Of a stretch of DNA of 64,000 bases, positions 63,054 to 64,000 are shown in pieces (position 1 is the first letter of the stretch; the number at the start of each line of letters is the position of its first letter). The translations under genes and the position numbers were made by a program. The notes beneath the pieces were generated by a model, which did no database searches, was not told the origin of the DNA, and worked only from the letters and a program-made list of their open reading frames with translations. Origin of the DNA: Tubulanus polymorphus. Lineage: Eukaryota > Animalia > Nemertea. The stretch is from the NCBI RefSeq assembly GCF_964204645.1, contig NC_134026.1, positions 7,339,950 to 7,403,949 of the forward strand, written 5' to 3'.

Positions 63054-64000
63054 AAAACTAAATGAGGTTTGTGATAAATTGCTGATTGTTTGAGATTGAG
63101 ATAATACTTATTTTATTTAGTCATATTTACTCATTAGGTCTATATAGAAATATTTATCATAAACCCTTCATGTTACGTAAACATGTGGTCCTGATGCTGA
63201 TGAACAGGGCTATCCAGAGACCAGAAAGGATGCACAGTCAATAAACAGTGAATTTCAGTATAAAGCCTCAATCGAAACGTACGCTAGGCGACGTTGAGCA
63301 ATTCTCGAACAACCGCCCGATTTGCTCGGCGTCGAACACGCTCGTCTGTGGCAACGGGAGACAGCGATGAGCTCAGACCACTATTCCAAAATCTTCTATA
63401 TCCTATAGTAAAAACAAGAAATTCGAGAGTTTAGTTCATATATAAGCGCGTAAATTCAGGGGAAATCCTGCTTATGGCTCATAGGCCAGCATCTTAGCTA
63501 CGCATTGAAGTGGTTTTCGCCCCACGTACCCAACCTAACTTTTGAAATAATCAAACCTTTAGAAAGGAGGGGTATCCCAGTACAGGTATGCCAGTACATC
63601 CGAGCCAAATATCTAAGGGAATCCCCCACCGTGTTTGGTACCCTTACTCCAAGCAAAAAAAGTCCAGGGAATCCCTTATTTCATCATCGATCTGTCTCTC
63701 AGGATCAATGGATTTCATACATATAACCGAAATTCGTTACCTATCCCATTTGCAGAAATTATGGCAACATTTATGGGGGACCTCTTCTTCACTCTAGGTA
63801 CTATTTTTGGGGTCTGGCCCTACGCATCTTCGAGCTACTAACCTAATTGTGGTCTGATGCCCGATTGCTCGTTGTAGAAAGACTGAAAATATCTCGGCTT
63901 CCGTCGCCGAGAAATTGTTTACCGATCACTCGGAGTTGCCCGTTGGCGAGAGACGCCAACGAGCAACTCATCAACTCTAGCCAATGAGTAAGCGAATAAT

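Overview
AT-rich, intron-rich eukaryotic genomic DNA from an animal, probably an invertebrate; the species cannot be determined from the sequence. Spliced genes supported by exon translation and GT-AG boundaries are MPG (+), FCF1 (-), Spinster/SPNS1 (-), a Shootin-1-like gene (-), ANAPC5 (-) and Rhotekin (+, head-to-head with ANAPC5, with two alternative N-termini). The window also holds a tandemly duplicated, decaying pair of single-pass membrane PPxY genes and several intronless class A GPCR loci. Three of the GPCR loci are paralogous copies of one cassette (upstream block X, promoter-proximal repeat, ORF): one antisense in an ANAPC5 intron, one antisense in a Rhotekin intron and one pseudogenised between ~50-bp direct repeats. 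A ~4.9-kb non-autonomous DNA element with palindromic ends carries an internal higher-order satellite built from its terminal motif. MITEs, SINEs, LINE fragments and minisatellites are abundant, including a three-level nested insertion. No CRISPR array, rRNA or intact tRNA was found. Exon and repeat coordinates were read by eye and may be off by a few bases; gene names rest on recalled similarity, not database searches.
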